The position numbers and the translations under genes were made by a program. A DNA stretch of 64,000 bases from Chrysomallon squamiferum (lineage: Eukaryota > Animalia > Mollusca): contig CM022670.1 of NCBI GenBank assembly GCA_012295275.1, forward strand, positions 28,458,001-28,522,000, read 5' to 3'. The notes beneath the pieces were generated by a model, which ran no database searches, was not told the DNA's origin, and was given only the letters and a program-made list of their open reading frames with translations. The first letter of the stretch is position 1, and every line of letters begins with the position of its first letter. Positions 1 to 14,500 of this stretch are shown one piece after another.

Positions 1-457
1 ATAATAAATCAAATGAAATAAAATAAAATAAAATAAATAAATAAAACAAATTAAAATTAAAATTATAAACAGTTTAAAACTCCAGCAGTCAACAGGAAAT
101 AATAAACAAAAGCTATTACATGTGTTTAATTATGTATTAAGCTGATATCAGTTTAAACAAAATTTTACATATATGCTTTCAAACAAAATTCAGAAAAAAC
201 ATTAAACTGAAAAGGTATCCTAAATAACAAAAGGACTACAGTGAAATATGTAAACTGGAAAACTGTGTTTGCCTAATTTATCTAGTATTTTTTTCCTGTT
301 TTAACTAATTTAGCAAAGTCAATGGTATATACTGTCTGGGCAGGTGGAAAATTCATATTAAAGGGAGTTTGCTTCTAACAGAAAAATATTAACTTATTGA
401 AGACTATCAAAATTATCACTAAAAAAAGGTTTGTTTTGACTGAGAAATTAAACTTAC

Positions 458-508
458 CTCGACAGATGCCTGTTTTGTAAAACAAAATCTACAGTCTAAT
501 GATACCAT
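458..508 (-). CDS. Candidate alternative first coding exon (MVSLDCRFCFTKQASVE)
   Basis: Start context ACAATGG, 17 codons, perfect phase-0 donor GAG|GTAAGT, and an upstream in-frame TAA at 553-551. Confidence 0.35.
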
Positions 509-3500
509 TGTTACTGAAGTATAAGCATCTGCTTTCTTTGGCTTTTTTATTTAAATCCCATATCCAACAGACTCAGAAAGATGAATGTTATTCTCAATTC
601 ATGACCATATTTTACATGGTCCTAATTTTACTAATCTTCTCTTTGTGATTTGTCCCCATTTACTAACCTCCTGTTTGTCACTACATAGAGAATGCAAGAC
701 TGTTTAATCCTTGGCCATGTACTTTGTATCTGTTATAATACTTTCTTACAAAATTTGGAAATAAAATTCAAGTTACTGATCTTTTTGCAGTTTGACAGTT
801 GACACAAAATGTATGAATACTTTATTCAATCCATAACTATGAGTTTTATACCAAGTTTAATAACACTAACATCCTTTCAGAATATCTGACAGTTGGTCTA
901 CACGTCCTGACAAAGGACAACAAGTGTGAGCATTCTGTTCAATCTGTGACCACTGTCTGTACATCTGTCTTAGCTGTGTCCTTCCTGATGCCTTGGTTTT
1001 ACTATTTCTTTTTTCAGTTTGGAAGTCACACAAAATAATTGAGCTATTTTCTCAAACATAACCATTGTAATTATTATAATATATTTTAATCTGTAGTTTA
1101 CCAAACACATAAAATATATGAGTATTTGACTCAATCCATGATCAGTCTATTGTACAAACATTAACAGTTTAGTTACAAGTCTTTTGATTGTTTTCCAACA
1201 GACAAGAAATATTCAAATAAAACAATATGATACTATAACATGATACAGTAATATTTTTCTGAATTAAAAAAAAAAAAAAAAAACATATCTATTTAACAAG
1301 ATCCATACTGTCTATTAGTTAAACCTGTTCAGTATGCCATCAGATACAGAATACAACACCTTCTTCTTTCAGTTATCAAGAGTAGTTTTTCATATTCTTC
1401 ATATTTTACAGCTTGGCCACACACACACTATATATCAACAGCTTCCACAGTTATTAACCATGTATCAATTTAGTAATTTTCCTCTTGACAAATCTTTTCA
1501 GTTAGTCACTTCAGAGAATGTGTTGTAGTTTGCCAACAGAAAGAAAATATATCAATATTTTCCTCAGTCATGGATCATGTACCTGTTTAGTAAGATACTC
1601 CTTGACAATTTAGTTAATACGTCTTTTCACAGTTAGCCTCTTGAGAACTAGGGAGTGAACTGAAAAACCCTGTACATATTCGTAACAGGTGAAAGACATT
1701 TGTCATTTCTGCATTGTAAGGGAAAATAAATAAATAATGAAGCCACACATAACCTCCTGGACTAAAAACAGAATAAAATATATATATATGTTTATATATA
1801 TATATATATATATATATCAGTGGTTTTAAATGTCACCAAATTAATGAAACCGTATCCACTAAATGTTTGCAACTAATTAATGGAGAATAAGAGGAGCAAT
1901 TAACATGGCTATTTAATCTACACTGGTGGACTGTTACATAGGAAACACTTTTCCACTCATTGGCATGCATATTATGTTGACCAACAATGTTTTATGTCAG
2001 CTTTTGGAAGCTTTTGAAGTTGTAATATAGGATGTGAGTGCTTAGGAAAGACACTGCACTTTCGTGACATTGGCTTGCTCTCATAATTTCTGTGATACAT
2101 GCGTTGTTGTGCAACAGCTGAGGTTATTAAAGTAAGACTACAATGTCTAATTACTGTTGAATATACACAGTTGGTGGCACTTGATTGGAAACAATAAGTA
2201 GTAAAAATGTAATGAAAATTTATAAGTAATGGAAATATGCAGCAGTTTAGTAATTTCTATTATATAATCTGTGTATCTATCCATCCATCTGTGTGTGTAT
2301 GTGTGTTTGTGCATACATGTTATTTAACAAAACATTTTTAAAATATATCTGAAATTTTCATCATTAAAACATAAAAAATCAGATATATAAATTAACAGTA
2401 AAAATGCAATAACAGAAAATGAATCATCAAATGGAAATAGTAACTTTGGCTTAATTTTTAAAAAACAATTCTGTGCTTTTGTATGAGATACATTATTTTT
2501 TTATAAACATATAGGCAGGATACAATTTATGAATTATTACTAAGTTAAAATAAAGAAAAATATAATCATTATTTATTTATTTATAGCATAAACTATGTCA
2601 GATATGTTCCAAGTTGTATTATCAATACATTATTAGGTCTATGACATCTTTATATAAAATAAAATAAAAAATAAATTAATTAATACTCAATAATATTTAA
2701 AACAAATTGAATAGTAATGGCAATCAGGTATCAAACATGATATTATCTATGAACATATTAAAACATTTCCACATAAACCGGGTAAATAACATGCCAAAGC
2801 TTTTCATGAAACAACCATGGTGCCTTTCTAGAAAAACAAAATAACAAAAAAATAAATAAATAACAAATAACAAATAATAATAGTAATAATAATAATAATA
2901 AAAAATATATACATCTATATTTCTGCTAAGAAGGACTGATCCTGCAAACCATCAAACCTTAAAAAAGGACTCTATGACTGTAACATAACCCAGTTTTTCT
3001 GTAATGTATATAAAATTATTAAAACATATCTGACACATTTAATTACAAATGTATCAACTGGGTTGTGACACCAAGTGTGAAAAATGAAATAATAAAAACA
3101 CAAGAGATTCATTAAACTTTCACAGTAAGGAGACAGGATGAGCTGGGTCGAACATGTTTTACTTGTCACAGAAATCAGTGCGACCTAGTTTTGAACTTGA
3201 AACAGGATATGATGATTTAATTACAAAACAATGCAGGCAATCTGATGTTCAGAATGTTAAGTTTGTGTATTTGAGTGTAAATGTACAATTAGTTGTTTTT
3301 AAAAATATAGATGAAACTCAGAAAGGGCTGTTTACTCAACCCTGAAAAAAGTTGATTCGTTTACAACAATGAATTCAATCTAAAAAGAAAATCATAAAAC
3401 AAATAATTATATAAATTCCCTCAGAAATGCTACTATAAAAATGTAGACAATAACAACTATATTAAATCTGACAAATGTTTTTTTTTATATCTTGTCAAAA

Positions 3501-3677
3501 ACAATTTAATCTGACCATCTTTTTTCTTACAACCGGAAATATTAATTTCTTTTTTCTGTACAGACAAAAATTCTTTACAAATCTGTCTGAAATTTGAATC
3601 TTCTGCAGAAAGGCAAACATGACATGGCAAAAAAAATCTAGCTGTTTGTTACACATAAAAGTCCCACTGTGACATTG

Positions 3678-3785
3678 TAATTAACCGTAAAGGACCACTC
3701 TGTGTTGCTCTAATCAACTACAAACAACCACTCTGTGTTATCCTAATCAACCGTAAACAACCAACCAGCACTGCTCTAATTAGCC
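3678..3785. repeat. Degenerate ~33-bp tandem repeat, about 3 copies
   Basis: CCACTCTGTGTT(GC/AT)..CTAATCAAC..AAACAACCA is repeated. Confidence 0.75.
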
Positions 3786-5304
3786 TTGCTGTGATCCTAA
3801 CATCATGGGTTATGTGATATGTAACAACAGTCAGGGGAATTAATTCCACATGGGTGACCAAAAACTGTGATACAGTTCTGATTGGGTACCAACATCAGAC
3901 AATGTGAAGTGATTTACACTGGTCAGTTGTTAGCTGGACTCATGTTGGTTTGGTCAAGGTTTGCCACTGACCTTGTTCAGATATATAAAAATGAAGAAGA
4001 AGAATATTTTTATGGTTCAGGATATTTTTGTATGAATGTATAACTATATACATCTTTATGTATATGTGCAAGTATAAACATTACGTGCACAAGTATTTAC
4101 ATATTAACTAGTTAAAAGACTATTCCTTCAGTAAACAGTTGTTGCTAGGCAGTTTGGCCAGTAGTTAGCTGGAAAGCTGTGAACAGGTATGGTCAGTGAT
4201 TGACACAGACTTTGTACAGGTAACAGAAAAAATTAACATGGGAGTATAAAACGAATTTCTGTTTTCCCTGGCAGCACCTGAAACTAATAACGAATTACTC
4301 TGTAGTAACCTCTATTTTTTTAGTGTGTTTTTTATGTGTTTGCTTTTTGTGGGGTTTTTGTGTCTTTTTTTTCTCAATGAGGTGTGACTTAGTTACTGCA
4401 TGTATAAAATAGCTTCACTGATCTCTGTACATTTCTCATTCATTAGATGTCGTGAGAAGAGAAAAGAGGACTTGAAGTTTAAAATAAATTCAACATGAAG
4501 AAGGGCAAAACAAACACACTTTGACTTGAAACACTCGCCACAACCTGAAAGACTTGTTCAGCCATTTTTACTTTTCTGTAGTTCAGTCACAATACTTCAT
4601 GAGACATCTGCATTCCGAGGTATTTGTTGTTTAAATAACAAAAGTAAATCCTCTGTCAGTGTTTTTACTCTTTTTTCTTCTTAATTATTATTATTTTATT
4701 ATCTTTTGTAGGATTTTTATTTTCATTTTCATTTTGTATTTAATTTATTCATTATTATTTTTTTTCATCCCATTTTTTCCCCCTGTTTTCTTAATGATTT
4801 TCTTTTCATTTTCATTTTCTTTATCCTTTTATTCATTTTTTTTCTCTTATTTTTTTTTTTTTTTTCAAAAAGTTGTAAATGTCAGTAAAAGTATTTATGA
4901 AATTTGAAAGAAATACCTGTAATGGAGCTATGAACTTGTAATTTAAATTTCAAAAGAATAGTTTTAAGGGTCAAACTCTAAATTCAATCTAAATTTCAAA
5001 AATTCCTCAGAAACTTAATAAAAAAAAAAAAAAATAAATAAAAAAATTGTCCAAGAACAACAAATTGTTAACATACACACATTTTAGCCATTGACTTACA
5101 ACTAATCACTAAAGGCCATAGTATATACTTTTGTGTTTATGTATTCACTCACACAAAGTTTGTGTGCTTAAAGTTTCATTAATTGTGACAGCTATGACAT
5201 AAATAACAACATGTTGTCAAATAACATAGTAAATGTTCAAGACTACTTACAGAAAGTTATTATTTTAATTCTTATAAAAGACTACTAAATTTTAATATAG
5301 TCAT

Positions 5305-5520
5305 TTTTCAGGCTCAGTGATCCAAGAATTAAGATCAAGTGCTACAGAAAAAATAATCAGAAATATCACATCATTGTTCCATTCCCTCAGAAGGTTTGAT
5401 CCCAGAACCAAGAGCATATAGTGCATAAAAATTAATCAGTAATATGACATTTTTATTTTTCAAGGTCTGATCCTAGAACCAAAAGGATGTAGTACTGAAA
5501 AAACAAATCAGAAAATACAC
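5305..5520. repeat. Degenerate ~70-80-bp tandem repeat, about 3 copies
   Basis: TGATCC(A/C/T)AGAA....AAAAA.TAATCAG.AA recurs at about 5318, 5397 and 5468. Confidence 0.6.
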
Positions 5521-6919
5521 TTTTTTTTTTAACAGCTTTTGCAGATGCAAGCTGACATGAGAGGACACTTATAGAAGAGATTAGTTATTTACTTCAGTGT
5601 TCACAAATACCACTGTTTGTTGTTTACACTTCAACATACACACTTTGTAACTCAGTATCAAATTAAAGGATGCACCTGGATTAAAGTGTCACATGATATC
5701 CTCTTTAAATTTAATCACATGACCTGAAGTGACCTCTACCACCCAAATAAACCATCCAATACCTCTGTCTAACACAGAAAACCTCCATGACAAAGCAACA
5801 GATTGATTAAATGGTTACAATTAGTCCTTTTGGTTATTTTGTGTTCTTAAGTGTACTTTCATAAATTAGTTTTAAAATATCACTGGTATGTACTGTCATT
5901 TGAGATTGTATACTATACTTTCATTTATTTCAGATGAATTATTTTTATTGATGTCATTACAAAATAATATCTTTCTGCATGAAGTATTACAGACATCAGT
6001 TGTAATCAATGCTTTTGTTTTCTGCTAATCTAGACAATATACAATATTATTACATTTTATTTCATTATTAGTACACGTTAGCATAATAAGCAATTTAAAA
6101 CACATCTAATGACATTAACAGTTGTTTTCAGCTGTTGACTAATAAACACAAAGTCACCACTCGAAGTAAAACCTAAGTAATTACCTCACGAGTGTATTGC
6201 AACACTTAATAACAGATTAATAACAGCTTTATCTGAATGAGTTACTTCCTCAAAACTTTATTTGATGTGTAAAACAAATCTTCACAACTTGAGTGCTTTA
6301 TTCTGTGAGTAGTCACCTTCCTGAGGTACAGCCAGTCACAGGCTCAGTTCTCCGTAGTGTGCCCTCTGGACTGTTTCCTGCTCCACTGTTCAAAAATGGG
6401 TTATTAAACATGGTAGTATGTATCTTCCTGTCTGTCTGTCACACACACACACACACATGTAAATATATACCCATTTAAAATATATATGTTTCTGCTGATG
6501 ACTTGAATAATCATTAGTAAGTGTCTCCTTTCATTTAATTATATAAAGGCTATATATTTGAAAAATTAAAGTATATTGTCATTCATGTTTTGTTATGCAC
6601 TAAGTTACCATCTGACATAAAGATACCAACTTGTTAAGTCAGAACCTCAGAAACCTGCTGGTGCTAATAAAACTCACTGTGCATTTCTTATCTCATTACG
6701 CAAAAAGTGTATGTTTTGTATCAGTTAACTGGTAATATTAAAATGTACCCATGTGTCATTAGTTTTCCATTATGTTACCATCTGCTAGTATGAATCTACA
6801 GACAAATGATTCCATTCTGCTGGAGACATAAACGATCCTTACCAATTTTCACTCAGTTCACTTTTTTATTATATCTGATAGAGATTCTAATAGCTGGTAA
6901 TATTAAGGAATACTTTATT

Positions 6920-7001
6920 AAAATTATTTTCTTCATCCATTATATTATATCCACAGTGCTAAAATTATTTTCTTCATCCATTATATTATATCCACAGTGC
7001 T
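6920..7001. repeat. Exact 41-bp tandem duplication
   Basis: AAAATTATTTTCTTCATCCATTATATTATATCCACAGTGCT occurs at 6920-6960 and 6961-7001. Confidence 0.97.
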
Positions 7002-7208
7002 GACTACCCAGCAATTTAACTGACTGAAATGGTACAAAACCCCACCCTCTACCAGTTCAGCTATGTAAACTGAGGGTAACGTAAATCCTTGGTACCAACT
7101 GACTGAGGCTGTCCACAACAAATGTTAGATATGACACAGAGACATTTATCTCCACAGTGAAAGAAAAAGGTAAAGGTTGGATGTTGACTTTGGGTGGTCA
7201 GCAAGGAT

Positions 7209-7416
<208 letters not shown>

Positions 7417-8953
7417 AAAAGTATGTAGATAGTTCATTTTTTAAAGTTAACTTATGAACATTTTAAAAAGAAATAATGTGTGTTTATGTAAAAGTACTAT
7501 TTCAAACAACAATAAAGTTCATATTTCCTTGACTTTCAAAACTCATATACATGTGTAATTTATGTAATTCTTATGCAGACAAATATTTATTCAAAATAAG
7601 ACTAATATTCAAATTTCATACCATGTTGCTTAATCCACACCAACATATCAAATCCCTTTAAACATACTAGTGATTTAAACAGAAAAAAGTTTCTATAAAT
7701 CACAGTGTAAGCAAGCAGGCTACCAGCAGATTACTTGAACCCCGGTGTGTTTGCAGGTGTAATTGCTGTGTGAGTGAAGTCCTAGTCAACAGTTCTGTTT
7801 GCTAAACATATTGCTATTTTTGACACCTGTGTTTGTTTTGGTTATGTTTTCATTCAAATTTGGATAAACATATAACTAAAGGTTCTTAAGCTGCCCCTGG
7901 TATCTGGCTCATTATAAAGACCACATCTTTTTGACATTTGCTTTGAGGCTTTTGTTTGACAAGTGTTTAGATACAGACCTGGCATGTCACCCAGTCCTTT
8001 GACAGAACAATATTACCTGGGTGTCTGAAGCTTTCTCAAAATCATGTCATAAATAAAAATTATAAGAAGCTAGATTCAGAATATGTGAAGTTTGATTTGG
8101 AGAAGGAAATGTATATTATATTAAATTATACAACAATGCTAAAGATAACAGACAAATTTTAACATAAAGTTTGGTTCAGAAAAATAAAAAAATATAAATA
8201 TAAAATTTGCATCATAATGCTAATATAACAGAAGGTTGCGAACAGAAACATGACTTAGATATAATGCAAGTTAACATTTAAAAATTAATTTAATAAGTTA
8301 ATTACATTTACTTTGTAAGTGTGAATATTTCTCTGTCTCTCTTGCTGTCATCTGTGTGTACATGCATGTGCATGGTTGTTTTATATGAATATTTATGTGG
8401 ATGAGTGTGTTTTTATGAATTGATGAACATTAGATACTCTGTTAAGTGTATTTATCTTTCAATATTTGTGCCCATATATAAATAAATAAATATAAATATA
8501 TATATATATATTCAGATGAGCTAAACTATTTTTTATAACCAAGTAAGTAAATTAAACAAAGCTGATAAATTAGTGTACAGTCAAAGATAAATATATTTCT
8601 TCTCACCCCAACATTTCTGTAACAATGCTAAACAAATTTTAAATGACTGGATCAATTTATCTTGATTATCTAACATTCCTACTCTTTTCTACAAAAGAAT
8701 GTTAACAAGATCAGGTAACTCTGATTAGATCAACCATTTGAAATATGATTACATTCACAGAAGGTTCAAACATATCTCTTTAAATCACAATCAAGAATTT
8801 TAGCTGAGTGTCATAAACATTTTTAGTGTTAGAGGTGTAGTCAGGTAGAATAAATACAAATCAGTTATAGAGCACAAAATATATAAATAAATAAATTAAA
8901 AATTAAAAGTACTTTGGTCAAGTGTAATGTAGATATATATGAATTTGTGACTA

Positions 8954-8956
<3 letters not shown>

Positions 8957-8996
<40 letters not shown>

Positions 8997-9078
8997 AATG
9001 TATGTACATTAATATGTGTTATGTATGTATGTAAAATACTTATGTATGTATGTATGCAAGTGTGTGCATATGTAAACT

Positions 9079-9116
<38 letters not shown>
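8957..9116. repeat. Two (GT)n microsatellites with (TATG)n between them
   Basis: Directly visible. Confidence 0.95.
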
Positions 9117-9120
<4 letters not shown>

Positions 9121-10420
9121 GTGTTTAAAAACAAACATATCCAGAAAAGCAAAAGTACTCTTATATACTTCCATTCAGTTCTGACTTGGTTTTGATCCCA
9201 CATGCTACAAGACTTATCATCATGGTATAAGCAACTTCAGGACTAAATCTGTGATTTATAAGGAGAAAGCTGAAGTCGTCCTGTCAGTGTTTGAACTGAG
9301 TAACCTGTGGGGATACTGAGTTCTTTGTCCTCAAGCAAACCAATGCATCAAGTATGTTAGACCAGGCTGTACTATAAACACTTTAACTACTGTCTACGTG
9401 AACATCTGCACGAAATTCACTCTGGGTTATTAGTCTATGTGGTTTATTACACACATAGCATATTTATGTACATTACTTATTAAAATAATATAGACAGACA
9501 GGTAAACAAATAAATTAAGAGAAAGACAGAGAATTCAAGATTTTGTTTGTGTCTGCTTTTTTTTCTTGCTTTTTTTATGTGAAGAAAATGAAAAATAAAA
9601 AATTGTAAAATTGGATGCATGTTTGTTAATGTTTTTTGTTGGTATTTTTTTTTGTGTGTGTGTGTGTTTGTGTATGTGTTTATATTATGTTAAAATGAAT
9701 GCATGCATCTGCATGTATTTGTGTGTATGAATATCTAAATTCTCAAACAATACACATCCACCAAAACAAAAATGAGTAGAAAGACACCAACAGATAATAA
9801 AAGCAAGTTTAGAAAAACAAGCTGTCAGTGACGAGATCTCATTTCTCAAATATTTGTCTTTTGTGATTTTTAATACACTGTAATAAAAAATAAATTGAAA
9901 ACATTTCAAGGATACTATAATTATTTAATTACTTAACAAACAAATCACAAATTTACAGAACCCTCACCAATATCAAAACTAACTCATTTCCTAAATTATT
10001 ATACAAGTAATATCATCTTCATGCTTAAAACGTAAAAAAAATGTAAAAAAATTTTATTTCATATTTGACAAGTTTTCACTGATTTATTTTTAGAACTTAG
10101 CTTTCAGGCGATTAATTTTACACCATATATTAATTTCATCTGGAACAGACTTCCTATAAGAAATGTCAAATCAGTTTCACCTTCAGGCACTATGTGATTT
10201 ACAAAATGAATACTAAAACAAAATGTTCTTCCTTTACAGATATTTCTGTATATTTGATGTAACAGGGGAATATTTAGAATAAATACAGTTTTATTTATGA
10301 TATCAATAGGTAGGTTATGTGTAAGAACAACAAGAACAAATTAAAGAAAGAAAGAAAAGGAAAAAGAAAAGAAAAAATGAAAGTAAAGAAAAAATAATTA
10401 AAACAAATAATAAGCACATC

Positions 10421-10450
10421 AAACAGTATATGAATTAAAAAAATCAAAAT

Positions 10451-10485
<35 letters not shown>

Positions 10486-11560
10486 GTATATCAACATGAT
10501 ATTGAATAATGAAAAAGTGAGTATTAAACACAATTTCCTATCCTTATAAATAAGCCAATATTTTTATTGTCTATTCATAATATTTTACCTCCTAATATTA
10601 TAACTAAATTCAAAAAATCAAAATTGTAGCATAGTGAATATCAAGAAAATAATAAATAATGAATTACACATTAAATTTGTAAATGTTGAAATTGCAGAAT
10701 AAGAAATAAAGAATGATTAAAATATTTTTAAAAAAACAAACAACAAAAACAGTATATGAATTAAAAAAAATCAAAATTATATATATATATATATATATCA
10801 ACATGATATTAATTAATGAAAAAGTGAGCATTAAACACAATTTCCTATCGTTATTGTCTACTCATAATATTATTTTACATCCTAATATTATAACTAGATT
10901 CAAAAAATCAAAATTGTATCAGAGTAAATATCAAGAAAATAATAAATAATGAATTATTACACAATAAAAAAAATAATAATAATAATAACAATAAATTTTG
11001 TTTTTAAAGTCTTATTATTTTACACAAAACCAAAACATTATCCAAAAGAAATCTGGCCATCTTACACTAAGTGTACAGTAAAGTCAAAGCTGAAGTTTGA
11101 TTGTGTTACTCATAATGTTAGATATACATTATATAAAACCTTTGTGACCAATCTCTATTTATGACACAGTGTTAAATACTTGTGTAATATTACACAAGGT
11201 GTTTAAAATTGTCAGTGCCCAAGACTTAATTAAGTGTAAAATATAAAAATGTTACTGAAATTTAATCAGGTATTAAAATGTTTACTGAAATACCTTTTCA
11301 TTTAATTACATTATTATTGTAAACCAAAGAAGAGAAAGGATGAAAGAAGATACAGAAAGAATGAAAGGCACATTATGAAACTGATAAATGAAATGTGTGT
11401 GTATCAGTGAGACAGAAAGACAGAGAAAGAGAGAGTGAGACAGAGAGATACTAGGATGTAAATGTTGAGATTGCAGAATAAGAAATAAAGAATGATTAAA
11501 ATATTTTTAAAAAAAACATCAAAAAACAAAAACAGTATATGAATTAATAAAATCAAAATA
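10421..11560. repeat. Diverged ~325-bp tandem duplication whose second copy is interrupted by ~490 bp
   Basis: 10421-10670 matches 10747-10962 (with a ~20-bp deletion), and 10678-10778 matches 11457-11560. Confidence 0.9.
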
Positions 11561-14500
11561 ATTTGTCTTTACATTTTTATCTTGACTGTATTTGAACTGA
11601 TTATTTAAATAATAATAAGAAATACTGTTTAAATCAAATATTAAAATAAGCTGTAATAATAAAATAAAAATATGTATTGGTAATTCCATTACTGAAAAAT
11701 AAATCAGCTTTACCAAAATTTAAAATGAAAAACATGTATAATTTAAAGATAAAAAAAGAAAAAAACAACATGTAATAAAATAAATTTAAAAAATATTCAG
11801 GAAGAAATATGATTGATCTACTGAGGAAGATAAATGTGATAACACATTTCATCATATCTAAATTTCCCGGATATAAATTTAACATTTGAAAAAAAAAAAA
11901 AAAAAAAAATGTACCATAGCCACAAAATATCATGACTTTGCATACTGTATTCTCCACAGTACTTAAAGGCCTCTTAAAAACACTGAACCTTTCTGAATCC
12001 AAACAACTGATCAACATACACCAAACTTTTAATGGTCACCCATGCTGGTCAGTTCCTGGACACCTGTCCATTCCCCTGGACAGTATTTTCTGGCTGATAA
12101 AACAACTGGACTATAAAAACCCAGCAGAAACCTACCTGTATAAAATAATATTCTGATTACAAGATGTCTGAAACAGAATTCTGTATTTAGTCATGCAAAG
12201 ACAGCACTTCAAAAATAAAAAAAATCGGAATTCAGTGGTTATAGTAGGGCCAGATACCTATATTATCACCCAGTCAACAGACATATAGATAAGATTGTGC
12301 AGAATAAATGCAAATTTAAAAATAAATAAACAAATAAAAAATAAAAATATTTGGAAAGAACTACATTCAAAATAACATCAATATTCAATACCAATACAGC
12401 AGTACTTGGGTACTGACTTAAGTCCATGTGGCTTATTCAGTGATAAATGGTAACAAATATCAGTTCTTGCTGTTGTTCCTTGTTGGGTTTTTTTTTGACT
12501 GCTTGATTTTCTTTCACTAGTTTTTTAATTAATTATTTTTTTTTTTTTTTTTTAAGAATATGAAATATATACACATTTTATCTTTCTAGTTTGTTTTCTG
12601 TTTCATTTTTATTGATTTTTTTCCCCCTACCTCAGCCTAATTTATTTGCATGTAATGACCTACACTGTTGTCTTTACAACTTTTGAGGACACTTGCACTT
12701 TGGGAAATTCTGAAAGATTCAAAGAGATCAAAAGTTTTTGAATTTAAGGTCTCTAGCTTAAAGTTTTAAAGAGTACAGTATTAAAAAAAGAATAAACAGA
12801 GGCTATACATTTATATGTTTGCTGATAATCATAACTTCTGCAAGAATTTTGATTAAAAAAACACACACAAAAAAAAATTCTGCTGGTTTCATTTTTAAAT
12901 CTAAAGATTTATGAACATGAATAATTATTTTATAATTATGTTTAATTAAAGCATCATAAACCTCCAAAAACCATATTTACTAACAACACTCAGATGACAA
13001 TGCCTTTCCAAAGAATTGCCTGAAAATAATTCGGACTTCAAGATAAAAACATGAGTTATGCTGAAACATAAGCAACAACAGCTCAGAATTATATTTTATT
13101 TTTGTTTTGGCAGTGCTGTCATTTGTGATGGCCATTTTTACTCTACCCTTCAGAATAACATACACATCAAACTGCTAATGGTAGAAATATTTACACTATG
13201 ATTTTTTTATACTATTAGTCCAGTTACGTGAGGAACAGCATGCTTTATTTTTCTTAAGAAATAACAGCAAAGGTAAATTATTCCAAAAGAAAGGAAGAAA
13301 AACTATTTTTATGACAGATTTTTGGCAAAAGGTTTAAAGACATTTTGAACAAAACAATGCTTTTTATATTACTCTCTGTGAAATAGTGTTTACTCACTTA
13401 ATTGGTCTAAACAGTAACAAAAGAATAAATGAATAGTAAAATAAGTAATATAAATAAATATAATTTATATACTGTCATTGCTAAGTAGAGAGTTGTTTTA
13501 GTCTGTTGAGAAAATAAATGCTGAAAGAAAGAATAATTAAATCATTCCGCCTTTAAATGGATATCAACTTTGCAATGAAAATAAATGTGTATTAAAAACC
13601 ATAAATATCTCTGCCAATAACTATAAATAAAAAATTAAAGAATTAAGCAAGGTATGTAAATGGTTAAATAATTAAATAAGTCCATGTTAGAGCAGTTCCC
13701 AAATAATTTGTTTCTAAACTGTAAATCTTGTATACTCTTTGCAATAAAAAAATTTATAACAATTTTATTAAAATTCTTATAAAAGCTCTTTCCAGAACAA
13801 TCTGTAAATCATACATAGCCAGAACAACAGATTGTAAATTTCAATATTTTAAAATATTCTACACTGTGTTCTCTCAGACTCTTCCAATATAATTTATATT
13901 TCAATGCTTACCTCTATTTCAAAACTTCTTCATTAACAAACTGCATTTCAACCATCTACAAAAGTCATTTTAAAGCCTTTTGCAGGTTAGAGATAATTTT
14001 AAAATTATTTCAAAGTAAACTGCATTTTATACAACTCTAAAATCATTTCAAAATCATTTCTCTTACATTTCAAAGATGATTAAAATAATTTCAAACATAA
14101 CTAAAAAAAAAAAAAATCAAGTCATATCATTTTAGCATATTTTATCTTCAGACCTCTAACACTACAAATCTTTCATGAACAGTTTTCTCATTGCATTTTG
14201 AAAAAATCCAATCACCAGAATCTTTACTAATAATAAAGACCTGCCAATCAAATTTTGTCAGAATATAAAACAGTCAGTGTAAAAATGTTCAAGTGGAGAA
14301 TATAAAATTGTGAAAGGTGATCAAGTACAGGTAACCTAATCCCTTCTGTTTAGGACAATGAAAATGTCTGACAGAGTTGAAACTCTAATGAACAATACAT
14401 TTGTATGGATGCAGCAAATTAAAGTTTCAGTCTGACTGACAAATCCTTCACAAAACTGTTATTTATAGTACGATGAATGTCACCATTTTCTTCTTTAACA

